In this document: piece after piece, positions 9,538-19,765 of the stretch
Layout: each line of letters opens with the position of its first letter
Numbering within the stretch: position 1 is the stretch's first letter
Source of the DNA: Chryseolinea sp.
Lineage (GTDB): Bacteria; Bacteroidota; Bacteroidia; Cytophagales; Cyclobacteriaceae
Direction of reading: 5' to 3'
NCBI GenBank assembly: GCA_049840655.1
Contig: JASGJX010000049.1
Span: forward strand, 143,570 to 207,569
DNA: 64,000 nt
The notes under the pieces: generated by a model
The model's input: only the letters and a program-made list of their open reading frames with translations
Told to the model about the DNA's origin: nothing
Databases searched by the model: none
Made by a program: the position numbers and the translations under genes

Positions 9538-9900
9538 ATGGCAACCGACTCCAGCGAACAGCATTCATCTGAACTGTTAAAGGGAACACTGCAGATCATC
9601 ATCCTCAAGCTTCTGTCCGACAACAGCAGCATGTACGGCTATGAGATCACACAACGGGTAAAAGAACTTTCCTCCGACACGATCTTACTCACCGAAGGAT
9701 CATTGTATCCAACGTTGCACCGCCTTGAAGCTGATGGACTTCTCAAGACGGAGACGGTGCAAATGGGAAAAAGAATCCGTAAGTACTACAGCCTGACAAA
9801 GCAGGGTAAGAAATCAGCCACTGTTAAAGTTGATGAATTCACTTCGTTTGTTCGAACCATGCGGCAGGTGCTAAACATCAAGCCCGAAGTATTGACCTGA
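9538..9900 (+). CDS. PadR-family transcriptional regulator
   Basis: ELLKGTL, MYGYEI, EGSLYPTLHRLE, RKYYSLT. Confidence 0.93.
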   Translation: MATDSSEQHSSELLKGTLQIIILKLLSDNSSMYGYEITQRVKELSSDTILLTEGSLYPTLHRLEADGLLKTETVQMGKRIRKYYSLTKQGKKSATVKVDEFTSFVRTMRQVLNIKPEVLT

Positions 9901-9907
9901 CACAAGC

Positions 9908-12613
9908 ATGATCACCGATGAACATATCGCATACATCAGTCGCGACCTGCACTATCGCGGGATTGTCGAGGAACATGTTCAGCATGAAATACTCGACCAC
10001 ATCTGCGAGCTGGTGGACGCAAACATGCTGAAAGGGCAGCGCTTCATTAACGCCTACGACGACGCACTCATCTCATTGGGTTATTCCGAAGGTCTTTTAA
10101 AAACTCAGTCGCTGATCATCAAATCAGAACAGTCAAATTCCCTCTCTATGCTGCACAATTATATCACAGTCGCGCTGCGCAATCTTAGCAGACAAAAGGT
10201 CTACACGCTGATCAATGTTTTTGGACTAGCCGTAGGGTTGGCCGCCTGTCTGACTATTGCTCTGTATATCGTCCAGGAGCTTCAGTTCGACCGGTACAAT
10301 GTGAACGCCCACCGGATCTATCGCGTCGATGCGCACGCAAAGATCGGTGTAAATGAATTCGACATGACGTACCGCAGTGCTGCAGAGGCAAAGGATCTCC
10401 AGGAAACGTTCGATGAGATTGAAGCTACCGTGCGCTTCAGACAAATGGGCAGCTATCTCGTCAAGACGGCCGAGGGAAATGATAATGTCAAGGAATCAAA
10501 CGTCATATGGAGTGAAGGAAACTTCTTTAAGATCTTTTCCATTCCGGTGCTCGAAGGAAATGCCGAAACGGCTTTATTCCAACCCCACGGCGTCGCTATC
10601 AGCAAACGCATGGCCGATAAATATTACGCTGGTAAAAACGCGCTGGGCCAACCTATCATCCTCGACAACGTGAGATACGGAATAGTCAGCGCTGTATATG
10701 AGAATATACCTCCGACATCTCATTTTCACTTTGATATTATCATCGCTTTCAATGGCGATTGGCCCGTGGCAAGAGAAGCCGCCAGCACAGACTACCTCAC
10801 AGAGAATTTCATAACCTATATTATGCTGAAGCCTGGCGCCAGTGCCAAAGCGTTGGAAGAGAAGCTTCCTAAATTTACCAAACAACATGTCGGAGATGCC
10901 CTGGCCCGTGCGATGGGTGGAGACTTTACCTTCGACAAGTTTCTGCAGCAGGGCAACCGTTATATGATCACGCTTCGCCCGCTGACGGATATTCACCTTC
11001 ATTCAAATCTTAAAGGCGAGTTCGAACCAAACGGAAGCATCAGCTATATCTATGTAATCGCAGCGGTGGGAATAGTTATCCTGCTGATCGCCTGCATCAA
11101 TTTCGTGAACCTCAGCACGGCACGCGCCAACACCCGGGCCAAAGAAGTCGGCATCAGAAAGGCGATGGGCTCATTGAGAGTACACCTCATACGACAATTT
11201 CTAACGGAGTCACTATTGGTCTCCAGCGCAGGCTTCGTTGCCGCATTGATCCTGGCAAGACTCTTCCTTCCATTTTTCAATGACCTGGCTCAACGCGATT
11301 TGCAACTGCCCTGGACAAGCGTAACGTTCATAGCGATCGTATTGCTCTCGACCATTGGTGTCGGTGCTATTGCAGGATTATACCCTGCATTTGTTTTGTC
11401 GGCCTTTAAGCCGGAGAAAGTTTTAAAAGGTGAACGAATACGCAGCCGTGGGATCAGCACTTTCCGAAATGCTTTGGTTGTGGGTCAGATTGGCTTGTCA
11501 GTGTTGTTTACAGTTGTCACACTGGCAATCATGCAGCAGCTGCGTTTTATTCAGGAAAAGAATCTCGGATTTGAAAAGGATCACGTAATCATCATCCACG
11601 ACACGTACGCGCTGCGCCCAAACAACGTCAAACCGTTCAAGGATGAGGTTCTCAATCTCGAAGGCGTTAGCACCGGAACGGTTTCCGGATACGTACCGGT
11701 TGAAATCGAAAACGCCGGAAGAAATAACAATACATTTTGGGAAGAGGGAAAGGAACCCACCGGCGAACACATGGTAACATTCCAACGCTGGAGTGGTGAT
11801 CATGACTACATCAAAACGTTTGGAATGAAACTTATCGCGGGTCGCGACTTCTCGAGAGATATCAGATCGGATGAGCAGGCGGTCATCATTAATGAGTCTG
11901 CAGCGAGACAATTCGGAATGAAGGATCCAATAGGCCGGAGGATCATCAAGTTCGATGTCGGTGGAAAGGGACAGGAACAGCAGCAGCGCTGGACCATCAT
12001 TGGCGTCATCTCCGACTTTCATTTTACAACAATGAAGGATGCGATATTACCACTGGGGATTTTTCTTGATAAATCCGATGGAAGTGTGAGCTTCCGTTAC
12101 AAGTCAACTGATCCGAAACAGTTGATTGCACAGATGGAGAAAGTGTGGAAGCGCCTCGCGCCAAATCAACCCTTCAACTATTCGTTCATGGAGAATGACT
12201 TCGGGAAAATGTATGAGGCTGAGGAGCGGTTAGCGAAAATCTTTACGGTGTTCTCAGCAATGGCCATCATCATTGCCTGCCTGGGCTTGTTTGCGCTGGC
12301 CTCATTCGTTGCCGAACAGCGAACCCGGGAAATCGGAATCAGAAAGGCACTGGGTGCCACTGTTGAAAGCATTCTGCTATTGCTTATGAAAGACTTCGGC
12401 AAATTGGTACTGATCGCCTTTGTAGTGTTCAGTCCTGTCGCATACTACGTAGTACGAAGCTGGCTTTCCTCGTATGCCTACAATCCGGGCATAGGCCTGT
12501 CGTTGTACGTTATACCGGCCATTATTATTTCTGTAATCGCCTCGGCCGCCGTTCTGTTTCAAAGCATGAGGGCAGCCACAGCTAATCCGATAACCTCACT
12601 ACGTAACGAATAA
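9908..12613 (+). CDS. MacB/FtsX-type duplicated ABC permease with N-terminal prefix domain
   Basis: IACINFVNLSTARANTRAKEVGIRK and EQRTREIGIRKALGA; ends NPITSLRNE. Confidence 0.92.
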   Translation: MITDEHIAYISRDLHYRGIVEEHVQHEILDHICELVDANMLKGQRFINAYDDALISLGYSEGLLKTQSLIIKSEQSNSLSMLHNYITVALRNLSRQKVYTLINVFGLAVGLAACLTIALYIVQELQFDRYNVNAHRIYRVDAHAKIGVNEFDMTYRSAAEAKDLQETFDEIEATVRFRQMGSYLVKTAEGNDNVKESNVIWSEGNFFKIFSIPVLEGNAETALFQPHGVAISKRMADKYYAGKNALGQPIILDNVRYGIVSAVYENIPPTSHFHFDIIIAFNGDWPVAREAASTDYLTENFITYIMLKPGASAKALEEKLPKFTKQHVGDALARAMGGDFTFDKFLQQGNRYMITLRPLTDIHLHSNLKGEFEPNGSISYIYVIAAVGIVILLIACINFVNLSTARANTRAKEVGIRKAMGSLRVHLIRQFLTESLLVSSAGFVAALILARLFLPFFNDLAQRDLQLPWTSVTFIAIVLLSTIGVGAIAGLYPAFVLSAFKPEKVLKGERIRSRGISTFRNALVVGQIGLSVLFTVVTLAIMQQLRFIQEKNLGFEKDHVIIIHDTYALRPNNVKPFKDEVLNLEGVSTGTVSGYVPVEIENAGRNNNTFWEEGKEPTGEHMVTFQRWSGDHDYIKTFGMKLIAGRDFSRDIRSDEQAVIINESAARQFGMKDPIGRRIIKFDVGGKGQEQQQRWTIIGVISDFHFTTMKDAILPLGIFLDKSDGSVSFRYKSTDPKQLIAQMEKVWKRLAPNQPFNYSFMENDFGKMYEAEERLAKIFTVFSAMAIIIACLGLFALASFVAEQRTREIGIRKALGATVESILLLLMKDFGKLVLIAFVVFSPVAYYVVRSWLSSYAYNPGIGLSLYVIPAIIISVIASAAVLFQSMRAATANPITSLRNE

Positions 12614-12675
12614 CGGGATTCAGATTTTGATATGAAGTCGTAACAATTTTTCGAAATTGCTGCGAAAGAAAAGGC

Positions 12676-13161
12676 ATGCCTGACACTGCAACAATAAGGG
12701 AAGGACGCAAATCGGACCTACCTCGCGTTTTCGAATTGGTGAAGGAACTGGCGACGTTCGAAAAGGCGCCGCACGAGGTCACGAACTCTATTGCTAAAAT
12801 GGAGGAGGATGGCTTCGGGCCACAACCTGTCTATGGATTCTTTGTGGCGGAAAACGGATCCGGTATTGTTGGACTCTCATTGTTCTACTGGCGCTATTCA
12901 ACCTGGAAGGGCAAACGCCTCTATCTCGAAGACATCATCGTAACTGAAAGCGTCCGCGGCCAGGGCATCGGCAAAAAGCTTTTCGATCGCACTATGCAGC
13001 ATTGCCTGGATCAAAAGTGCACGGGAATGATGTGGCAGGTGCTCGACTGGAATGAACCTGCCATCAACTTCTACAAAAAGTATGGCGCGAAACTCGACGG
13101 CGAATGGATCAATTGCCACCTCGACGACAGTCAAATCGTAGAGTATTTCAAAAACAAGTAG
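12676..13161 (+). CDS. GNAT N-acetyltransferase (spermidine/spermine acetyltransferase-like)
   Basis: YSTWKGKRLYLEDI, RGQGIG, VLDWNEPAINFY. Confidence 0.9.
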   Translation: MPDTATIREGRKSDLPRVFELVKELATFEKAPHEVTNSIAKMEEDGFGPQPVYGFFVAENGSGIVGLSLFYWRYSTWKGKRLYLEDIIVTESVRGQGIGKKLFDRTMQHCLDQKCTGMMWQVLDWNEPAINFYKKYGAKLDGEWINCHLDDSQIVEYFKNK

Positions 13162-13347
13162 CCAGACATCTAACTATGTGAGCTCTGTTGCTTTACTGCG
13201 ATGGCCTTTCGAACGATCGCCATGCAGATCAACGATATAGCATTCCCAACTTCTTAACAACGATAAATTCCGGCTACGAAGGCAGCACTCCTTGAAAGCG
13301 GCTGCATATCCCTGTCATATCCCTGGCGGCCCTCATGGCCGCCTCCC

Positions 13348-13368
13348 AATTATCAATTGTCAATTATC
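13348..13368 (-). repeat. Three 7-mer units directly after the DUF4286 gene stop
   Basis: Plus strand AATTATC AATTGTC AATTATC. Confidence 0.65.
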
Positions 13369-13668
13369 CTAAACTTCCTCCAACAGCGTCATGAACGCAA
13401 CGTGCTTGTTGTGGTATCGGGCGCGATGCTCTTCAATGAGGGCAGGGTGCCTTTCAAAATAAGTAGTAACGTCATTTAGCGTGCGCGCAAAGTATTGAAC
13501 ACAATACGAAACTGATTCTTCGTTTTCGTCGTGAAGCACTTTGTATAGTTTGTAGTCCAGGAACAACCGCGTACGCATAACCTTCGGAATATATTCCGCC
13601 TTCATCCACCGCAGCCACTCATGCTCAATGTCTTTGTCGACACCTACCGTTATGTTGTATAGGAACAT
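13369..13668 (-). CDS. DUF4286-family protein
   Basis: MFLYNITVGVD..EWLRWMK...YCVQY...FMTLLEEV. Confidence 0.85.
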   Translation of the reverse strand: MFLYNITVGVDKDIEHEWLRWMKAEYIPKVMRTRLFLDYKLYKVLHDENEESVSYCVQYFARTLNDVTTYFERHPALIEEHRARYHNKHVAFMTLLEEV

Positions 13669-13812
13669 ACCAGTAAAGGTGCACATTATTTGCCCTTCGC
13701 CTACTACGTTTGTGCCATTTGCGCCGACTAAAAGAAATTATTTTTTCCCGTCGCGATTTTGCAACTTTCTACGACAATTCACACATTCGGATATAACAAA
13801 GACCCCACTGTT

Positions 13813-14529
13813 ATGAAAATTAAATCTGCCTTCCTTACACTGGCTGCGAGTTCCTTTATTTCGCTTGCCACCTTTGCGCAAACATTGCTGGTAGAACGCC
13901 GGCCAGTTAAGACCGAGGAGTCTTCAGAAGTAGAATCCTGGACGGCCAAGTTCGATCAGGACCAAAGCTATTGCCAGGATGTCTACAGCGACTTCATCAA
14001 GGAACTGGTTAAAACCAAAGTCGAGAAACGGGGAAAGAACGTTCTCGTTGCCGTGAAAACTCAGTTTCCCGAACTGTCATCTCTGCGCATAGATCAACGC
14101 GCCATCTTTACCCCTGAATCGGCAGGAACATCAGTATCGTTTACATTTAGTCCGGGCTATGATGTTCATTTTTCATCGCAGTCCTATAAAGAAGAATTTG
14201 CAAAGGCTGAAACGTTCGTGAAGAACTATGTGCAGTATCATTATAAGAAATTCTACAACAATCTTATTACTACACTGCAGGGTAAGATGAAGAGTCTTCA
14301 AAATGATATCGAGTCCAATGGAAAGAAGATGGATAAGAACAATAAGGCGATATCCTCGAACATATCCGATGGCGAGACCGAAAAGACAAAGAGCAAGAAT
14401 GACAAGATGAACAAGGAAAATGATCAGCTCGCAGCAGAGACAGAATCGAAACGAAAGGACCTCGCCGACATTGAAGATCAGCTTGCCAAAGCAAACGACA
14501 GCCTTCACAAAGTATTACAATACAAGTAA
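13813..14529 (+). CDS. Secreted hypothetical protein with C-terminal coiled coil
   Basis: Signal peptide MKIKSAFLTLAASSFISLATFA; K/E/N-rich heptad tail. Confidence 0.75.
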   Translation: MKIKSAFLTLAASSFISLATFAQTLLVERRPVKTEESSEVESWTAKFDQDQSYCQDVYSDFIKELVKTKVEKRGKNVLVAVKTQFPELSSLRIDQRAIFTPESAGTSVSFTFSPGYDVHFSSQSYKEEFAKAETFVKNYVQYHYKKFYNNLITTLQGKMKSLQNDIESNGKKMDKNNKAISSNISDGETEKTKSKNDKMNKENDQLAAETESKRKDLADIEDQLAKANDSLHKVLQYK

Positions 14530-14607
14530 CATTCACTTTCAGTAAAGCTATTCCGCACAATGCGGTCTCGGGGTAAAATTCTTCCTAAGGATTTTTGGTA
14601 TCGGCGC

Positions 14608-15249
14608 ATGAGCAACAGCGTCGTAATGAATCCGGTAGATCGGATCTCTGAGGTGCTTTACGGACTAATCGTCGTTCTATCGTTCACCGGAACGGTCAGC
14701 GTTTTTACTGGTCATCAGGAAATCAAAAAGCTATTATGGGCGGCGTTGGGATGCAACGCCGCGTGGGGAATCGTTGACGCCATCATGTTCCTGATGGACG
14801 CGCTGATCAATCGCGGTCACCTTCGTTCGGTAATCAATCGCGTTAAGGCGTCTAATGATCAAAAGAACATCAGAACCATGCTGGCCGAAGAAGTTGATCC
14901 CCTCGTGATTCATTTGCTGCATAACGAGGAAATCAACCGGGTCATCGACCGACTGAAGGAATTGCCCTCAACATCGAAGCACTCGCTCCTTATATGGCCT
15001 GACGTGGTAAACGCGATGAAGATCTTTTGCCTTGTATTCATAGGCACCCTACCAGTTGCATTGCCATTTGCTTTTTTTCAGGATGTCAGTGTAGCCATGC
15101 GTGTATCGAATGGAATTGCAATAGCCATGCTTTTTGTAGGAGGATATTTTGTCGCGAGTTACGCTGGATTCAGACGCATACCGACAGCACTTGCTTATGT
15201 AGCAATCGGAGGGTTCCTGGTATTCATCACAATAAAGTTAGGCGGATGA
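14608..15249 (+). CDS. VIT1/CCC1-like membrane protein
   Basis: DRISEVLYGLIVVL, GCNAAWGIVDA, PVALPF and C-terminal TM helices. Confidence 0.7.
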   Translation: MSNSVVMNPVDRISEVLYGLIVVLSFTGTVSVFTGHQEIKKLLWAALGCNAAWGIVDAIMFLMDALINRGHLRSVINRVKASNDQKNIRTMLAEEVDPLVIHLLHNEEINRVIDRLKELPSTSKHSLLIWPDVVNAMKIFCLVFIGTLPVALPFAFFQDVSVAMRVSNGIAIAMLFVGGYFVASYAGFRRIPTALAYVAIGGFLVFITIKLGG

Positions 15250-15884
15250 AGGGCTGGATAGCTACGTTAGTATTGACCTCCATCTGGTCCGTTGCATCTG
15301 CACAATACAACGCTGACTCTTCAAACAATCCCGATACTCCAACATCCTCCTGGAGCATAGAACCTACTGTAAATTTCTATTTTATCCCTGATGACTTTTT
15401 TGTTTTGCCGATTGTTACTGCCGACAAAAACAAACTTCACCTCGAAGCACGTTATAACTACGAAGACCGTGAAACCTTTTCATTCTGGGCAGGCTATAAC
15501 TTTGAAGGCGGCAACAAACTCACTTATGCAATCACGCCAATGGCAGGCGGAGTTGTCGGCAACTCAAATGGAATAGCCCCAGGATTAAGATTTGAGCTTG
15601 GCTACCGCCGATGGACGCTTGCCAGTGAAACCGAATTTTTCTTCGATCTCGATGAGAATGAAAATAACTTCTATTATAACTGGAGTGATCTTACGTATTC
15701 AATCAGGGACTGGATCTGGGTCGGCATCAGCGGGCAACGCACCAAAGCATTTCAATCTGATTTGGAAATCCAATATGGTTTGGTTGTCGGGGCGAGTTAC
15801 AAGCGTTGGGAGCTGAACACCTATACGTATAACATTGGAACTTCAGATACTTTTTTCATGGCAGCAATATCAGCTTCGTTCTGA
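15246..15884 (+). CDS. Putative outer-membrane beta-barrel protein
   Basis: ATG overlapping upstream TGA, signal peptide, aromatic-rich strands, terminal Phe. Confidence 0.7.
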   Translation: MKGWIATLVLTSIWSVASAQYNADSSNNPDTPTSSWSIEPTVNFYFIPDDFFVLPIVTADKNKLHLEARYNYEDRETFSFWAGYNFEGGNKLTYAITPMAGGVVGNSNGIAPGLRFELGYRRWTLASETEFFFDLDENENNFYYNWSDLTYSIRDWIWVGISGQRTKAFQSDLEIQYGLVVGASYKRWELNTYTYNIGTSDTFFMAAISASF

Positions 15885-15955
15885 GGTGGAACTCTATCGC
15901 CTTCCCCAAGCGTCCTGTCAGATGTCGCGTTTCGTTGTTTGCCCACCTTTACCAT

Positions 15956-16080
15956 CTTATGCAGGCAACAGTGTAAGCACAGAAAAGGAATGAAAATCTT
16001 ATACGGGCAACAGTGTAAGCACAGAAAAAGAAAGTAAGCTTATGCAGGCAACAGTGTAAGCACAGAAAAGAAATGAAAAG
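15956..16080. repeat. Three 41-42-bp tandem copies of the hemolysin III gene 3' end
   Basis: CTTATGCAGGCAACAGTGTAAGCACAGAAAAG-like units start at 15956, 15998 and 16039. Confidence 0.9.
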
Positions 16081-16753
16081 TGCTTCCACCAATAACGAAC
16101 AAGTGCCATATCGAGTGACTGTACCTCATCTTCTCAAGCAGAAAGAAAATCACGCCCACAGAATAAGCGGCACCACCCAGGATCAGCCAGGTGAAACCCG
16201 TTGCTGACATCCCGTCGTAAACAGGTTTTATGAAAATGATCACGGCCCATCCCATGATCAGATACAGAATGGTCGAAAGTATTTCTGCACGGCCGGTGTG
16301 AATTGCTTTGAACACAATTCCCAATGCAGCACATGCCCACATCGTTCCGAACACGCTCCATCCAATCCATCCATTCAGCAATGTCAAACAGAATGGTGTA
16401 TACGTTCCTGCTATCAACAGATAGATTGACATGTGGTCAAACTTTCTGAATGTTCGCTTGACCCCCGGGTTGATCAACGCATGATACAACGTGGAGGCTG
16501 TGTATAGTATTACCATCGATGCACCGAAGATCGCAAAGCTGGTAATATGCCAGGCATTGCCATGTATCGCGGCCTGCACAACAAGCAGCACGAGTCCTGC
16601 AATTGCCAACGCTGTCCCTACACCGTGACTGACTGCATTAGCGATCTCCTCACCGTACCCGGATTTTTCTATCGTTACAACGGATGCATCGGGCGAACTT
16701 TGGCCGGTCTCGTTAGATGTTGTTTGATTTCTTCTACCCATACGAACTTTCAT
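16040..16753 (-). CDS. Hemolysin III / PAQR family membrane protein
   Basis: EEIANAVSHG, STLYH, DHMSIYLLIAGTYTP, HSIWHLFV. Confidence 0.93.
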   Translation of the reverse strand: MKVRMGRRNQTTSNETGQSSPDASVVTIEKSGYGEEIANAVSHGVGTALAIAGLVLLVVQAAIHGNAWHITSFAIFGASMVILYTASTLYHALINPGVKRTFRKFDHMSIYLLIAGTYTPFCLTLLNGWIGWSVFGTMWACAALGIVFKAIHTGRAEILSTILYLIMGWAVIIFIKPVYDGMSATGFTWLILGGAAYSVGVIFFLLEKMRYSHSIWHLFVIGGSTFHFFSVLTLLPA

Positions 16754-16833
16754 TTCTCCACTGAACCCAATAACAACGAAATCTAGGGTGATTTTATTGA
16801 GAATCCACTCAAGTTTTGGTATCTTCCTTACGT

Positions 16834-17247
16834 ATGCATCAAGTGACCCGTATCATATTGTCACTTTTGTTGGCGACCGCCACTGTTTTGCCTGCTGTTT
16901 CGCAGATCAAAGCAACCAGAACAACGGTTCCACTGGAGTTTGCTGACCCTGCTCCAATCAATTTAGGTTGGCGCCGGTTCTTACCAGGCCTTAAACCTGA
17001 TGCCGACCACGTTTTCAAACCAACTACAACCTATATGGCATTGCCCGTGACCACAACGGCTCTGCTGGGCGAATTTTATTGGATGGGTTCTACGACACGC
17101 CAGTCTTATAATGACGGCAAGATCGGTCGTACTTATTATTGGGATCTGCAAGGCAACCTGCGGGGCTCAATGCTTTTTATTGACATTGCCGGCAAAGGGA
17201 AGCGCGGCATTAAACTCGCCTTCGCCCGCCATCGCGCATTATTCTGA
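16834..17247 (+). CDS. Secreted hypothetical protein
   Basis: Signal peptide-like N-terminus, no recognised motif. Confidence 0.55.
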   Translation: MHQVTRIILSLLLATATVLPAVSQIKATRTTVPLEFADPAPINLGWRRFLPGLKPDADHVFKPTTTYMALPVTTTALLGEFYWMGSTTRQSYNDGKIGRTYYWDLQGNLRGSMLFIDIAGKGKRGIKLAFARHRALF

Positions 17248-17289
17248 TAGTGCTGCTTCGATTGCGTCGCCTTGCCATTCTACTCCGCG

Positions 17290-18507
17290 TTATTCTTCTC
17301 CGCGAACGTACTTCTCAAGGTATTTGAACCGGGGCATCAACGCTCCCTTTTGAGCAATGGTTCCTCGTTCGATAATGGTATCGGGATCTTCTCCAAACAG
17401 AGGCTTCAATATCCGATCGATCAGATCACGCCCAAACTCTTCTGATGCACTTCTCGGCAACTCGCACGGAAGATTATCAATGGCCATGACGGTTACATAG
17501 GCATCATCCGAAAAGCCTGGATGCGTTTCACCCGTAGCCGCGTCAAAATCGTAAACGGGATCCGCTATGCTGGTCGCCCGAACTGTGCTGGGCACCGATC
17601 CATTGATATCACAGGTGATATCAGCAATCACTTTAATCCTGAAGCCAGGATCTGTCATCTCCGCTCTCGTAAACAACACCGGTGCCCCTGGATTCCAGAA
17701 CGCACCCGCCATAAGAATATCGGCCACGCGTGTAAACTCATGAAAACGACTCTCATAACGGTCGGGGTACTGGTGGAATTCCGCGCGATTGAACGCGCCC
17801 CCTTCTATGCGATCGTGATAGTCGCCACTATTCAACTGTACATATACTGGTTCCGCAAACTCCCGATGCAAAAAATCATAAGGACTCACTTTTCGAATAC
17901 CTGCCGTATCCAAAGTTTCCATAGCACCTTTGCCCACGCGTCCTGATCCGGTAAGTATGATCTTAATAGGAGCGAGAATCACCTTACGCAACTCAAGTTT
18001 GAGATCATTAACATCAAAACACTCATGAGCCCGCTTCAGTAAAAACTTATTGTAGCGTCGTCCATAAGTCCACAGTCCATTATATGCTCCAACTATTCCG
18101 GCATATCGCCCGAAAGCAACAAGTCGGTTGTCCTGATTATCCTTTAACGCTTCGTAGTCGATAAGCCGAACGCGTTTGTTCAATACTGATTGCAACAAGC
18201 CACGATTGTAGGGTTGCTTTTTGATCGTGTGAGAAAAGAACAGATAGGTTTTGTCTTCCACAAGATTGGAATACGGCACCTCCTTGATTCCCATCATCAC
18301 ATCACATAGGGAGATATCCTCCACGACCTCGACACCGACAGCTGCGTATTCCTCATCTTTGAAGCATCGTATGCTACTCGATTGACAATAAACCTTTACC
18401 CAGGGGAACCGTTGCATAAGCTCCTGTATTTGAATTGGTGTAAAGGGTACGCGCTTGTCGGGCGGGACCTTGCCCTCGCGAATCAGTCCCAGCTTAATTA
18501 TATCCAT
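17290..18507 (-). CDS. Lysine-ketoglutarate reductase/saccharopine dehydrogenase-like oxidoreductase (AlaDH/PNT superfamily)
   Basis: GIKEVP, FFSHTIKKQPYN, AFGRYAG, GSGRVG, DITCD, IDNLPCELP. Confidence 0.85.
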   Translation of the reverse strand: MDIIKLGLIREGKVPPDKRVPFTPIQIQELMQRFPWVKVYCQSSSIRCFKDEEYAAVGVEVVEDISLCDVMMGIKEVPYSNLVEDKTYLFFSHTIKKQPYNRGLLQSVLNKRVRLIDYEALKDNQDNRLVAFGRYAGIVGAYNGLWTYGRRYNKFLLKRAHECFDVNDLKLELRKVILAPIKIILTGSGRVGKGAMETLDTAGIRKVSPYDFLHREFAEPVYVQLNSGDYHDRIEGGAFNRAEFHQYPDRYESRFHEFTRVADILMAGAFWNPGAPVLFTRAEMTDPGFRIKVIADITCDINGSVPSTVRATSIADPVYDFDAATGETHPGFSDDAYVTVMAIDNLPCELPRSASEEFGRDLIDRILKPLFGEDPDTIIERGTIAQKGALMPRFKYLEKYVRGEE

Positions 18508-18510
18508 TCA

Positions 18511-19284
18511 TTAGCTCTCAAACAGACCGCCGAGCAATGAACTTGCCTCCTTCCCGGAATTACGTCCATAAGGCGCCAGCGCCTGAACCAGTTTTCGAAT
18601 CGGCATGGATTGCAACCACACGCGACCAGTTCCTCTCAGGGTTGCTAAAAATATACCCTCACCTCCAAATACCATTGAACGAAGTCCACCAGCCATTTGA
18701 ACATCAAAATCTATCTGCGATTCAAAGGCCACAACGCACCCGGTATCTACACGAAGAGTTTCATTATTGAGTACGCGCTCTATTACTGTACCGCCGGCAT
18801 GAACGAAAGCTCTACCATCACCCTGAAGCTTTTGCAGAATAAAACCTTCTCCGCCAACAAGCCCTGATCCTAGCTTTCTGTTGAACGCGATCGACAACTT
18901 TGTTCCATATGCCGCGCAAAGAAAACCATCCTTCTGAACGATGATTTCATTTCCTGGCAACTCCGACAACTGAACGGGAATTACTGTGCCCGGATAAGGT
19001 GCAGAGAATCCAACCTTAGCCTTACGTGACCCCCGGTTGGTAAAGTGTGTCATGAACAAAGACTCACCAGTTATCATTCGCGAACCCGCCGACAAAAGCT
19101 TGTCGAATAGCCCCTGGTTTGGATTGGAGCCATCGCCCATTTTAGTTTCGAACTGAATGCCATCCTCCATAAACAACATCGCGCCCGCTTCGGCGATAAC
19201 AGTCTCTTGTGGATCGAGTTCTACCTCAACGATCTGAATACTCTCTCCTTTAATCTGATAGTCAATTTCGTGCGATCTGCCCAT
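18511..19284 (-). CDS. TIGR00266 / AIM24 family protein
   Basis: [39 protein letters not shown]. Confidence 0.92.
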   Translation of the reverse strand: MGRSHEIDYQIKGESIQIVEVELDPQETVIAEAGAMLFMEDGIQFETKMGDGSNPNQGLFDKLLSAGSRMITGESLFMTHFTNRGSRKAKVGFSAPYPGTVIPVQLSELPGNEIIVQKDGFLCAAYGTKLSIAFNRKLGSGLVGGEGFILQKLQGDGRAFVHAGGTVIERVLNNETLRVDTGCVVAFESQIDFDVQMAGGLRSMVFGGEGIFLATLRGTGRVWLQSMPIRKLVQALAPYGRNSGKEASSLLGGLFES

Positions 19285-19488
19285 GGATTTTTTTGGTTAA
19301 AGATAGGAATGCTAACGTATGTGTGTCGTTACATGTTGCCAAATAGTGCTCGTTAAGGGATGTCGAACCCGGAACCCGTTACCGGCAAGTGGGTTACGAA
19401 ATATCGCTCACCTGGAAACCTAACTGAAGGAAAATTTGTGAACTTCCGCTGTGGCTGAGCGACTTTGACCTGGTTGTTACCTTTAAGC

Positions 19489-19532
19489 TTTGTCCAACCT
19501 TTGTATAAAGTTTGTCCAACCTCTGTCCACAC
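19489..19532. repeat. Four helically phased 11-bp direct repeats in a 480-bp intergenic region
   Basis: TTTGTCCAACC TTTGTATAAAG TTTGTCCAACC TCTGTCCACAC. Confidence 0.7.
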
Positions 19533-19765
19533 TCAATAGTCAAATAATGGGAAATTAAAGCGGAAAACGGGTTTTGATGTCAGAAAAACGCTAAATCAGC
19601 CTAAAAAATAGGGTGCCAGTTAGCTCGTTCTGCATTCTGAGGGCGTTGCTGCCGGAGACGCCGCAAACTTTAACTAAACGACAAAGTTTTCAGGGTGGAA
19701 CTACGATTCCTACGGCATACTAGTTCCATCTCATGACAATTTAGTAACCCGCTCAGTGAACTAAT

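Noticed and set aside
15956-16080. Possible mini-CRISPR or DGR template/variable repeat
   Set aside because: Variable parts are only about 10 nt and homologous to the gene; no reverse transcriptase or cas gene nearby
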